Of a stretch of 64,000 bases of DNA, positions 1-11,279 are shown piece after piece; the first letter of the stretch is position 1, and the number at the start of each line of letters is the position of its first letter. Below the pieces are notes generated by a model that ran no database searches, was not told the DNA's origin, and saw nothing but the letters and a program-made list of their open reading frames with translations. A program made the translations under genes and the position numbers. Source of the stretch: Takakia lepidozioides (lineage: Eukaryota; Plantae; Bryophyta); assembly GCA_030704615.1 (NCBI GenBank), contig CM060731.1:56358001-56422000 (forward strand). The letters run 5' to 3'.

Positions 1-59
1 AAATAGTAAGATGAATTTTCACAGAAAAGACAACTCCTTCACATCATACATGAAGAAAG

Positions 60-1500
60 GCGCAACTTGCAACCGCGGATGTCCCACCATTGCAGAGGAT
101 TTCCAAAGAACTCTTTTCAGCGCAGCCCATGCTCCAGGGTTGACCTTTGTGACAGAAACTCCAAGGGCATCAAAACATTGGCAGGTTCATTTATGGTGGA
201 GTGGATTCCACGACATTCATAAAAATCACTATGGGCTCTCTGAAGCAACAACATGAGGAACACAGGCATGTCCAAATTGAACATGAAGCAAACTTGTGCA
301 TGACACGCTGCCCCTCTCATTGGGAGTCATACTCACTTTCGTCTTCAAGCTTCAAACCATCCAAACTAGAATTAGGACCACACTCTGCTACTCTCGCACC
401 ATCACCAGATTGTTCTCGACCTTGTGTGGTGACGATTGGCTTTCCTTTCATCCAAGAGGGACTGAACCAACCCTCAATCCAAAGGCCCTCTTGAGGGCAC
501 TGCATATGTCTGTAGTCTGGAGATTTTGCATTCGTCTGTCAAAACCACCGGGCACAGCTGAGCAGCCAGAGTTCTGACCACTGCTTCCTAAGACCAAGCT
601 GCAACCAAGTACCTTGCAAACTCCAGGAAAAAACTTGGGCATCTAATTCCTTGCCCTTCTCACGAAGAACAGCCTACGCTACTGCCTACAAGAGCGGCTT
701 TTGCAGAACCGACAAAGATTCTAACAATTAGGGGTACAGGACCTAGCCCACAATATTATTTCATAGCAGAGTCCATAAAACCCCCTCCTTCACAGACCCT
801 GCAATTTCTATACGAAGAGAGCTCACCTTCTCGATGCTGTAGTCCCACCACTGAGAAGGATCTTTAAAAAACTCCTCCCAGCACTGTTCCATGCTCCAGC
901 GTTGACCTACGTTCCAGATATACCAAAATTTCAAGAGGGCAATGTTGTCGATTGTACCTCTTGTATGACCATCCTGCTGACCAAATTACTGCCCATGCCT
1001 GGTTCCTATGGCGCATACAACACAGCGACTACAAGGGAAAAACACAGAATGAAAAAGTGTTTTCGTGCTTTTACCTTTCATTGGCATAAGTGAAAGCTTG
1101 GGAGGCGCCACGGACACCATTTGAAAGGGACTCGGTCCTTGGCGTATTGCCAAAAAGGATGCCGCTTTCAGCTCCACATCCCAGCCCCTTAATCGGCTGC
1201 ATCTTGCAGGAACCAAAAAAGCAGAGAGGGCGTTGTCCATACGCGGGCTCTGAAGAACGTCGGCCATCCCCACCAGTGCACAGCAGATACTTTTTGCTAC
1301 AACCCACCCCGTTAAGAGCTTCGATGGCTTATACTGCCGTTTTAGTGGAGGAGTTCTTGGCGCAATCTAGCCAGGAGGAAGTTCAACAGCCTGCGGCCGA
1401 CTCTGCATCCTGAATCGGCAAGGTCTGCCGATTCAGGAGACCGAATCGGCTGTTCAGGCTGCCATGGCACCTCGTAACAGCAGGGAACGAGGATGGCAGA
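60..1500 (-). mobile_element. Highly degenerate L1-type LINE fragment (ORF1 region and start of the APE endonuclease)
   Basis: The minus strand near 195-220 reads MNV-(R)GIH after a frameshift, resembling the 'NVRG' start of an APE endonuclease. The surrounding frames are broken and the boundaries are not defined. Confidence 0.25.
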
Positions 1501-2595
1501 CTATCAACGCAGGCTCAGGTAATGTCATGTCCAGTGTTGTGAGTTGTGACTCCCCGGGTACACAATACCAAAAGATTCCCACCCTAGGCCAAGATTCCAA
1601 AAACCACAGAAGATTCTCACATAGCACTAGAAAATGATTCTCTTACTCCCAATCCAAAATGGTTTAGATCATAGGATGCAATTTATGGCACCAAGCCCAA
1701 ATACGTATATCACATCTCCAAAAGAATGTATAATTATGCTAAATACACGTATCTCCATCCCATGTGCCAGCTCTACTACACGTTGGACCTAAGGTCATTT
1801 GGCTTAGGGTATTTGCAGGACATTTGGCTCACGGTCACTTGGCTTGTGTTGCTGGAACAATTGGCTTAGGGTTACATGACAATTGACTTATTAGTGTTGC
1901 TGGCACAATTGGCTCAAGGTTGCCAAAAATCTGGCTTAAGAACCAATAAATTCCTTTCTGAAGCCCTGGCTACCACAGAATACTAGAACCTTGCAATGCC
2001 ACACTTCTAGCTCATTTGAACACACTCACTACATAATAATATTGTTCAGTTTTCCATGGGGGATTTGGCCCCTACAAAACCTGACAAAACCATGAGTGGA
2101 TATTCATGTTAGTAAGCCTTATCACCTCTCTATAGAGATCCCTTGGGGATTCTCCTTTATTTGAATGACCCCGTATTTGAAGAAGACCACTCGAATCTCC
2201 TAATAAAGCTCCTCAATCCAATGAAAGAAGCTTCCAAAGTTAAATTACAGATAGAGAGCAAAATTTGCTAAATGAAAACTTAGTCATGTTCTGTTCCACC
2301 CAGTGTCAAGAAAGCAGCAACGAAAAAAATATATGACTATTTTTGCTACATGACCTTGGTGCTCTCGTTCCACAAGAATATTTACAGACAAGCTCCATAG
2401 GGCAACAATCAAGGACTAAAATGATTCATGTGATGGAAGATGTAACATAAGCATTCTTGCATTAAGCAAATGTTTGTAGCTTCCCCATGAATTAATAGAT
2501 AGAGATAAAGAAGTCAGGTAGCTCAGATTAATGATACTCTAAATATGCAAGTTGTAAGGTTGGTGATGCAGCAGAGTGATAACAATTGAGCCTCA

Positions 2596-2938
2596 CTTGA
2601 GGTCATCCAAGATGTCATCCCCCATGTCATAGACTGGAAACAAGTTCAGGGTTTTTGCCTAACTTCATTTCCATCAGACAATCTCATGGCATCAGGCATG
2701 GTTGGACACTACAGCCTCTAAGTCAGATTTATCCAGCAGGGTGAAGATTTGCGGTTCCAGGTCCAAGTCCTTGAGAATCTCTTCTACTGTCTTCTGCCAG
2801 GACTTAGTCTGTTTGACAGGGCGGTGGGCGGTCCTGTTTCCAAGATATAGAGTCGATTAACTTAGGATATCTGGTGTTGGACATATGCTGCAGCTTACCC
2901 CACCATCTGACCTTAAACTCATCTCGTCGGGAGCTTAA
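2596..2938 (-). mobile_element. Internal RT-region fragment of the same LINE family as 28778-31939
   Basis: Nucleotide near-match to 29265-29607. Both encode DEFKVRWWG.LQHM.NTRYPKLIDSISWKQDRP. Confidence 0.85.
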
Positions 2939-2939
2939 A

Positions 2940-3810
2940 AGAGAAGGAGAGAGGGACAGAGGAGGGACAGAGAGAGGGAGTGAGAGGGAGTGAGAGGGAG
3001 AGATCGGGAAACAAAAAAACAAAAAATAAAAATGGGGGAGGGAGTGACTAAGCAGCTGTTGCCCAGCAGCTGCAGCTGCTCAGTCACCGCCCCCCCCCCC
3101 CCCCCCCCAACCTTCTTTTTTTCTTTGTTGCCCCCTCTCTCCCTTTGTCTCCCTCTCTCCTGGGAACTGGCCGGTTTTATCAGTATTGATTTCATGTTTT
3201 TTCATCCATACCGGATGAAGATTTGACAGCATTTCATCCATCCTCTTGTGGTTTTTCATCCATACCGGATGAGCCACCAGGGTGGAAACTGAATTACCTC
3301 TAGGATGAATTTTGGATTTTTTTTCATTCCTCTTTTATTGACTTTCATCCATACCGGATGAGTCACCAAAGAATGAAAAATTACCTCTATGAGGGTTGCC
3401 ACCATCATCCTATTTTCCATCCATACCGGATGAAAAACTGCCAGGATATTAATTTTTCACTTTTCTTTTATTGAATCTTTGTATCTATTCCAGGTGAAGA
3501 ACTGAGGGGTGATGAACTACCTATGTGGAGGTAAACCGTTGCCATGGATGTCATTTCATGTTTTTCATCCTGATGGATGATTTTTTATGGATGAGCTCAT
3601 GGATGATTTTTTACTGTCATCTGGACCGGATGACATGTACAACTGTTTTTGGCCTTGAATTGATCTTAACTACCCCTAATTATGATTAATTACGGTGTGA
3701 AACCCTGACCCCTACCCTAAAACCTGTTTTTTAACCTGGCTACGGATGGAATCCGTCGGGTTTGAGGGATGTTTTGTATATTTTTCATCCTTTGCGGATG
3801 AAAAATCGGG
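2940..3810. repeat. Dispersed repeat copy A with arrayed TCATCCATACCGGATGA hairpin motifs (probably a non-autonomous TE or TE subterminal region)
   Basis: CATCCATACCGGATG occurs at ~3204, 3257, 3346 and 3418, with variants at ~3566, 3618 and 3786. The region aligns by eye with 5620-6125. Confidence 0.7.
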
Positions 3811-5619
3811 CAGAAGCCTTACGTTGTCTCTCCCGCTGTCAGAAGCATGAGTTGTGCTTCTGAGCTCGCGGGGAGAGCGTTATGGCGGATGTGCTTTTGC
3901 AGTTGCCCTGTTTGTTGCGTCGTACCCGTACTGGGCAATCTCCTGGGGATGCGCGAAGGCGGCGCCTTGTCTCTCTAGCAGCGGGAAACCCTGCTGTGAA
4001 TGCAATGTCTTCTTCCCTCCTCTGACCTTTAAATTTTGCAATGGCACTTGTGTTGGGAAGTCTCTCTCCTTCCCTTTTGTTGCCTTGCAAGCTTGCTTGT
4101 TTTGCTTCATTGCTTATGTGCTTTGTTGGAGGCGGCTTGTTGCGGGTGGTGATGTCGCATAGCTCTCTTCCCCAATTGCTCAAGGTGCTTTTGGAGTTTA
4201 GGGTTCCTTCTGTACTTATCTTCGTCTCTTACTTTTGAAGTTCTTAGTTGACATCAATGACAAGTGTGAGGGTCTGTGATTCACCTGGGGTTCCACAATC
4301 CTCACTAATCTATTGATTTTGTGGCGGTTTGTGATGGGACCAGATCAGGATCCTCACTTGCTTTGAATTTTCTTGAGCATTCAGATGTGGATATGGACAG
4401 AGGGGCCCTGTATGTTGTGGCGTCTTCATGTGGCTGCTGCCTATAGCCCCGAATTCGACCCGCCTGCTTCTGGTTTGGCATGCTACAACCTATGTTTTGG
4501 CTTATGTTGTTCTGCCGTTGGTGGGGCACCTCGGCCTGTCAAGCTATCTCCTAAGGCCTGCATCCAGACCTTACCTTGTCTTTTGATCCTTGACAGCAGG
4601 GCATGTGGATTACTAAGATATGTTGTGACTTTTTGGCCCTAGAGAATCTGTGGTTTATGGGTATGGCCTTAGCGGTTTTGTGACTTTATGGACGTGGTGG
4701 CCTTGAATATTATTGCGGAAGCCTGATAAGGCACTGCCCTGCTCTTTTTCAGGCCTGGATTTGATGTGTAATGGATCATAGTGAGGTGTTTTTGCAAACT
4801 TTAGCATAGACCTCTTGTAAGACGAGAGTGGTAAGCTGTAATGGAATCTTGCCTGTATTTTCGGCCTTGTCATGACATCAGGCCCATGACCTGCAATCTG
4901 AGGTTTTATTTGCCAAGATCTCGGTTGTTCAAGATGCTTGTGTATACATGTCTTGAATTTGCAATATGACAGGCTGAGTTCACATTCCCTTGACACCTTG
5001 TATGATTACATGTCTCGGGGTGATTACAAATGGTATGGAATCTGGTCTATCATGCCCAAGTGGTTTGCTTGGAGGCATGTTTTGATTCTGAAAAATTGCA
5101 GGCTGGTCCTTATGCCTTGCTTGATGCATGATAAGGTAGGTTGCTGCTAATTATTTTGTCATACCCAAGATGTTTGCTTGAAAGACATGTCTTGAATCTG
5201 TAATATTGCAGGTTGGTTTCACATACCCAAGATGTTTTGCTCTATGCATGTCTTGTTGTAATTGCCAAGAAAGGGTATGACAGACTGCAACAATCTGTTT
5301 TTTCAGAACACAAGATGCTTGCTTATATGCTTGTCTTGTTGTCATGAACTGTACATGAACAAACCCCGCCCTCCCACCCTGTTTTATGATGAATGATTGG
5401 GTGATGTCAATTCATGGGAAGCTATGACAAGAATGGAAATGTTAGATGGTGCCTTGTTTTGGGCTGTTTATATCTTTAATTGACAATGACCCTAGTAGGG
5501 TCTTGTCCATGTCTCGACATGACATGAATATCTTCCCACTCTCTCCCTCTCTCTTTTTAACTTTTTCTATCTCCTCTCTCCCTCTGTGGTTTTTTTTTTT
5601 TTTGTGAGCAACACAAAAG

Positions 5620-6125
5620 AGAGAGAGAGAGAAAGAGAGAGATCAGGGAAAACAAACAAATAAATAAATAAAAATAAAAAATATGGGGAGGGGGGAGTGA
5701 CTGAGCAGCTGCTCAGTCACTCCTCCCCCCCCTCACTTTTTTTTTTTTTTCTTTTGATGCCCCCTCTCTCCCTCTGTCTCCCTCCATCCTTGGAATTGGC
5801 CGGTTTTATCGGTGTTAATTTCCTGTGTTTTCATCCATACCGGATGGACTCTGGCAGTTTTTTCACCCGTCCTATAATGATTTTTCATCCATACCGGATG
5901 AATTACCAGGGTGGACATTGAATTACCTCTAAGAAGAGTCTCTGGTTTTTTATTCTTCTTTTATTGACTTTCATCCATACCGGATGAGTCACCAAAGAAT
6001 GAGGAATTACCTTTGTGGGGGTTGCCACTGGCATCCTATTTTTCCATCCATACCGGATGAAAAATGCCAGGATATTTATTTTTTCATTCCACTTTTATTG
6101 ATTTTTCATCCATACCGGATGAGCA
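5620..6125. repeat. Dispersed repeat copy B (direct orientation, homologous to ~2960-3470)
   Basis: Shares the GA-rich start, GTGACT.AGCAGCTG..CAGTCAC and GGAA.TGGCCGGTTTTATC with copy A, and has five CATCCATACCGGATG motifs (~5832, 5886, 5972, 6045, 6107). Confidence 0.75.
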
Positions 6126-6513
6126 TCTCATCAGCTTCATGCAGCACAAAGCACTTGATTGCATAAGCCCGAAGGGCATTCCGACGCAACATATCATGCA
6201 CACGTCCTGGGGTTCCCACCACAACGTGAATTGATCCTCATGAACACTGGTCCCTCCAACATAGGCATGCACCTTCACTTGGAGGTAATCACCAAGTGCC
6301 CGCATCACCTTCTCAGTCACGTGGGCAAGCTCATGAGTGGGAGCCAATACAAGCGCTTGGCACCCCAATAGTTGGTAGTCCAATTGCTGAAGAATACCAG
6401 AACAGAAAGTAGCTGTCTTTCTCGTCCCGGACTGAGCTTGCTGAATGACATCGAGGCCCTTGGTAAATGGCACAATACCACGTTGTTGGATGGCTGAAGC
6501 TTTCTCAAAACCG
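6122..6513 (-). pseudogene. eIF4A: eIF4A (DEAD-box translation initiation factor 4A) gene fragment
   Basis: [46 protein letters not shown]...[13 protein letters not shown]...[10 protein letters not shown], then a deletion/frameshift, then [10 protein letters not shown]...VLHEADEML. The Walker A (GKT>RKT) and DEAD (>HEAD) motifs are mutated. Confidence 0.9.
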
Positions 6514-7204
6514 AGAATCTGAGCAACCTGAGTGGGATGAGCTGCAAGGAGAAACTGACATCAATCAGTATGGAGGCAAAGTGAGAATGTCACAGAAAGG
6601 ATGCAAAAGGAGCTGTTGCAACTTGCAGCAAATGAAGGTTATAAAGAAGACTTGTTTATGCTAGTTCTTGCAGCTGAGAGGGAGGAACGCGAGCCAGACA
6701 TTTGGAGTGATATACAAGCATGCATGCAATCACAGAAAGGGCAAGGTTAAGTGATAAGCTGCCCCGCTGCTTATCTGTCTCGCATCCTCGCTGGCAGGTC
6801 ACGACGGTCTCTCTCTTGCGCTTTCAGCTAACAGTTATTGAAATAGTATGGCAGGATCTGCACCCGAAGGTTCTCCGTTTCACGCTTGCCAGTATGACGC
6901 CAAGATGGAGTCCATCTTCAGCGGAGAGGGCGATGATTTCATTTCTACATTGGAGGAGGTCCATGAAACCTTTGATGCTATAGGCCTCCATAGGAATTTC
7001 CTGAGGGGCATTTATGAAATATAAGAAAAACTTGAGATGGCTGGGCACATCCTTTTCCAAACAGTACCTTCGTGGCGTATGCCCCCTCAAGTACCCCACA
7101 CCGCTGTCACAGATATCCTGCAACCATGTACACGGGGGGCTAGCCCTCCTCTTGCGCTTATTTCTGCCCAACTCCACCTCATCTGTCCACTGCGTCCATA
7201 CATG

Positions 7205-7490
7205 TCACGGAAGGTCTCCCAAAAGCCTCCATCCCGTGCCCCTGCTGTGCATACCCTGCAAGCATCGCGTTCCATGACACTACATCTTGTTCAACCATAA
7301 TGTTCAAAACTCCCTTTGCATCCTTAATGCACCCACATTTGGCATACATGTCCACCAGAGCAGTACTCAAAATTACTTCAAGCACAATTCCAGCTTTGAC
7401 GATGACACCATGGACCTCTTTCCCCTTTTCCAGGGCTCCCAGACTTGCAGGAGCATTGCAAACACAAACAAATCTGATGTGGTTGGGCTT
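7205..7490 (-). pseudogene. PLS-class PPR gene fragment (about 2.5 motifs)
   Basis: ASLGALEKGKEVHGVIVKAG...STALVDMYAKCGCIKDAKGVLNIMVEQDVVSWNAMLAGYAQQGHGMEAF. Confidence 0.9.
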
Positions 7491-7559
7491 CATATTGTCG
7501 CATCCCCACCTCCTCAGCAGTTGCCCTCTATGACAACATCAAGCCATGTCAGGTTCTCC

Positions 7560-7940
7560 TAAATCTAGCTGCACATCAACACCTGCTTTGATTGCCCTTG
7601 ACGTGGGTGGGGATTGAACCCACAGTATCTGCTCTTTACTACAGCCAATGTCAGCAAGGCAGTCAAGAAGCTGCAAAATGGCAGGGCACTGAATATATCA
7701 AGACTACAGAGTGAATTGATCAAGCACGCAACACCTACTTTAGCCCCATTTATAGCTCACCTCTTCAATGAAGTAGTGCAACATGGATTCTCAACAGAGT
7801 GGACAAAGAGCATCATCTACACCCCTCTTCTTGACTCGCACCGACCAACTATCGCACTAGTATGGTGTCCTCGTTACTGGCTAAACTGTTTGGGGCAGTA
7901 GTGGCCATGGAACTGGATGATTGGGCTGAGTATGCCCAGT
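7560..7940 (+). mobile_element. LINE reverse transcriptase N-terminal fragment
   Basis: VSKAVKKLQNGRA...ELIKHATPTLAPFIAHLFNEVVQHGFSTEWTKSII, then (frameshifted) MVSSLLAKLFGAVV. Confidence 0.7.
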
Positions 7941-8349
7941 CATTGTACCATTCCCCAAACCAAACTCCCTCTCCCATAACCTCTAAACCCCTACAAGGAA
8001 ATCTCTTGGAAGGTAAAATGTTATGGGCAACTTTCGTGTTTCAGCTCAATTTCTTTTGCCAACTTTTTTACAAGTTCACATTTGCTTACATGTGTTGCAG
8101 GGCGAGTTGATCTGGGAGACAAGTAAGTGCATGTGCTTTCGACTCTTTTGCCAGAGGTGCAAGGGACCTTGTCCTGGCTTTACAAGGAGTTCGGGAGACT
8201 GTCCAGCAGACTGGCCACAAGAATGTCGAACAACATATTCCCCACGACACATGTGGGCAGACTGCCCAAGTGTTGGAGACCGAGCATGTGCACCAGACCG
8301 TCCCCACGTCCCCCTCCTCCTCCCCCCTCCCAATGCACCCAATGCACCC

Positions 8350-9410
8350 AATGTAGCCTCACTCCCTCTGCACCACTTCATCTGCTTCACGTACCATGAC
8401 AGTCCGCCGACCTTGTGGGTCTTTTTGCAAGACAACTTTCCATTGAGGCCGATGGTTATTGTCATCATAGAAAAAAACCTGATCCACTTGCGAGGGGTAA
8501 ATGAATGGTTGCTCAGTCTCTGGCAGAGTTTGTGAAATATTCACCCGCAAGAATCCATCAGAATCCACGACCATGGATGCATGGCGACCTGTCATGCATG
8601 CCTTCATCCACTTACACTTGAACAGAACAGGGTGTAAGGTTCCGTAATTAAATTCCAAGATCTCATCAATGACTCCCACAAACTTGATAGATGCCAAGGT
8701 GGGATTCAAATCAGTTGTAGCATTGCCTTCTTGCTCAAAAACTGAACTTACTCCAGAATCAAATGTTACATGCGAACGTCCATCCCTGAATGTTTTCCTG
8801 TAATGGTTCCCATATGCCTTCATCCCCTTGTATGACTGGACAGTCAACAACGGTCACAAACATAGCCGCCTCACATCTTCTTCCACATCCACCCCATCCC
8901 TCACCTGATTGTCAACTGTTATCTGGAACCACTCAAAAAAAGGTGGAATCTGTTGTCTTTCAAAAAGGGCGATTTCTTTCTCTACCTCATAGCCTCGCCT
9001 GTATGGAGCAACTATATCAGTGTTCTGCAGCACATAGGTGTGGGCTAGATCCCTCAACAAAGGTGAAATATCCTTTTTCTGCCCACTACCTTGTAACACC
9101 TCCCCACTTACCCCGGGGTCCTCCTCTTGGTCCCACACACGACGTCTACTGTGGCGGTATTGCGCAAGGTATTCAGTACAGAACCCAAGTGCTTCATCTA
9201 TGATGTAACCCCTCGCCATGCTACCCTCAGGCCTGGCTTTGTTGCGCACATACCCCTTGAGGTCACCTAGGTATCGTTCCATGGGATAGCACCACCTTGT
9301 CCCCACAGGCCCACATATGTCTAGCTCGTCCACTAAATGAATCGGTAGGTGGGTCATCACATCAAAGAAGGAAGGGGGGAATTCCTTCTCTAACATGCAC
9401 AAGGTTAGTA
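8350..9410 (-). mobile_element. CACTA (En/Spm) transposase C-terminal remnant (DUF4218 and DUF4216 regions)
   Basis: LCMLEKEFPPSFFDVMTHLPIHLVDE...GPVGTRWCYPMERYLGDLKGYVRNKARPEGSMARGY, an in-frame TGA at 8854-8856, then FVGVIDEILEFNYG...VLFKCKW...EQPFIYPSQVDQVFF. Confidence 0.9.
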
Positions 9411-9414
9411 CCAC

Positions 9415-10071
9415 ATCGGATGAGGCAGAGGAGTTCATTAACAAAATGCCAATCAAACCGGATGTTGTGGTGTGGAGGGCCTTGCTTGGTGCCTGCAGAA
9501 TCCATTGCAACATGGAGGTCGTAGAACGTGTAGCAAAATCTGTACTCAACTGGGATGGACAGGAGGCCGCAGCTTATGTGTTACTTTCAAACATCTATGC
9601 CGCAGCTGGCAGGTGGGCCGATACTGTAAAGGTGAGATATATGATGAAGACCAGAGGTGTGAGAAGCCAAGTTGCTCTTGCATTGTGGTCGACAACAGAC
9701 TGCACTCCTTTGTTGTAGATGACAGATTGCATCCACAAATTGAGGAAATCCTTGTTGAGCTAAGAAGGTTGTCCGGACAGATAAGGAGGCAGGGTACGTT
9801 CCTGACACCCACTTTGCATTGCATGATGTGGAGGATGACAATAAGGAAATTTCCCTTTGCCACCACAGTGAAAGGCTGGCCATTGCTTTTGGGCTCCTCA
9901 GCACCTCCCCGGGGATGCCTCTCCGTATCATCAAGAACCTTAGGATGTGCAGTGGCTGCCACACGGCCACCAAGTATCTCAAGGATAGTTGGGCGAGCTA
10001 TTCTTGTAAGGGGTGCAAATCGCTTTCACCACTTCAAAGATGGGGTTTGTTCTGGTGGGGAGTACTGGTGA
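9415..10071 (+). pseudogene. PPR E1/E2/E+/DYW C-terminal fragment (RNA-editing factor pseudogene)
   Basis: [29 protein letters not shown]...[27 protein letters not shown]...[12 protein letters not shown] and [16 protein letters not shown] are spread over three frames. Confidence 0.92.
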
Positions 10072-11279
10072 GGGGATATTTCCTCGTGAGGTGTGAGTGT
10101 ATTGTGAGTGTCTTGTGAGTGTCTCTTTTCATTAATTAGAATTAAGCTGTTGGTTGGTTCATTTAGGATACCCTGGGAATGTTGGCTTTGACTTACTTGG
10201 AGGGTGTCTCCTCCATGGCAAATCAACCCTACATGAGGCAATTGTGGGGTCGAGCCACGGTACATTGAAACTCAGCCCAAAATTGTGATTGCTCCTTTGT
10301 AACGCATGGGAATCAGGTTCCAAGCATTCACTATTAGCAGACATGAAGGTGTAGAAAATGAAATGTGGATGTCTATACTCCTGATTTTGCCACTTCTGGG
10401 ACAACAGACCGTATAATAAGAATGTGCCCATGAGACTTTGTATGAACCTAGCTCAATGGGGTCCAATGGCCACAAAAATCTAACCCGCACAAGCCCATGT
10501 TAGCACATAGAATCAGTTGGGGTGGGGGGGTTGGTCAACTTTAATCCATGGTTCAGATGGAGGCACCATAATGTTACTCACACCTTGGCCTCCAAAGCCC
10601 AAATGACAATTTTGCAAATGAAATATCCCAAATGAAGGTAATTTTGTACCTCTTTGATCTTGACAAGGTATGGCCAAAGTAAGTCTTGGGGTGTAATCTT
10701 GTAGCCACTCACGCGGTCGTGCTCAATTCCTAGCAACCAAAGACCCCATTCTATCTTTGACTCTTCTCTCAAGACTCAAGTTTGGGCAAAATACCCTTTT
10801 GATATCTTAAATTGCTATGGCTCAAGCCCCAAAGCCGCAAATACAAAACTCACTCAGCAAACTAGCAATGAGATCCCATGTGCTCTAGCTTGAACTCAAG
10901 CTTAAAAAAACTATTTCTAGGACTCCTTGAGAGATTAACATAAACTAGAGCCTTAGATCATAAGCTCCCTAGAACTTTGCAACTAAAAAGCCAAATTAAG
11001 CTCCAAGAATGGCGACAAACTAAGATGGAGCTCGCAAAGAGTACAAAGGAAAGCTAATAAGCGAAAGGTGAAGAACAAGGCCAAGGCCTTCCCTTATACA
11101 GCAGCCTAAGCACACTTAAGCTAAGGAACATCTTCTTGTGTCTTTTGGCCTTCTATATATCGACATCAAGCTTCTATTACTTTGCGAAGAGTACGAGTCA
11201 TGTTTATTAAGTGGCTTTGATGTACTTCAAGCAGTAGAATATTGGGACTCAACACGCACTGACAGACTTTTTAAGAAAT

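Noticed and set aside
1535-2200. Possible solo LTR with imperfect TTGGCT(T/C)A.GGT repeats (a similar LTR-like stretch lies at 10570-11270)
   Set aside because: No paired LTR, PBS/PPT or TSD could be confirmed.
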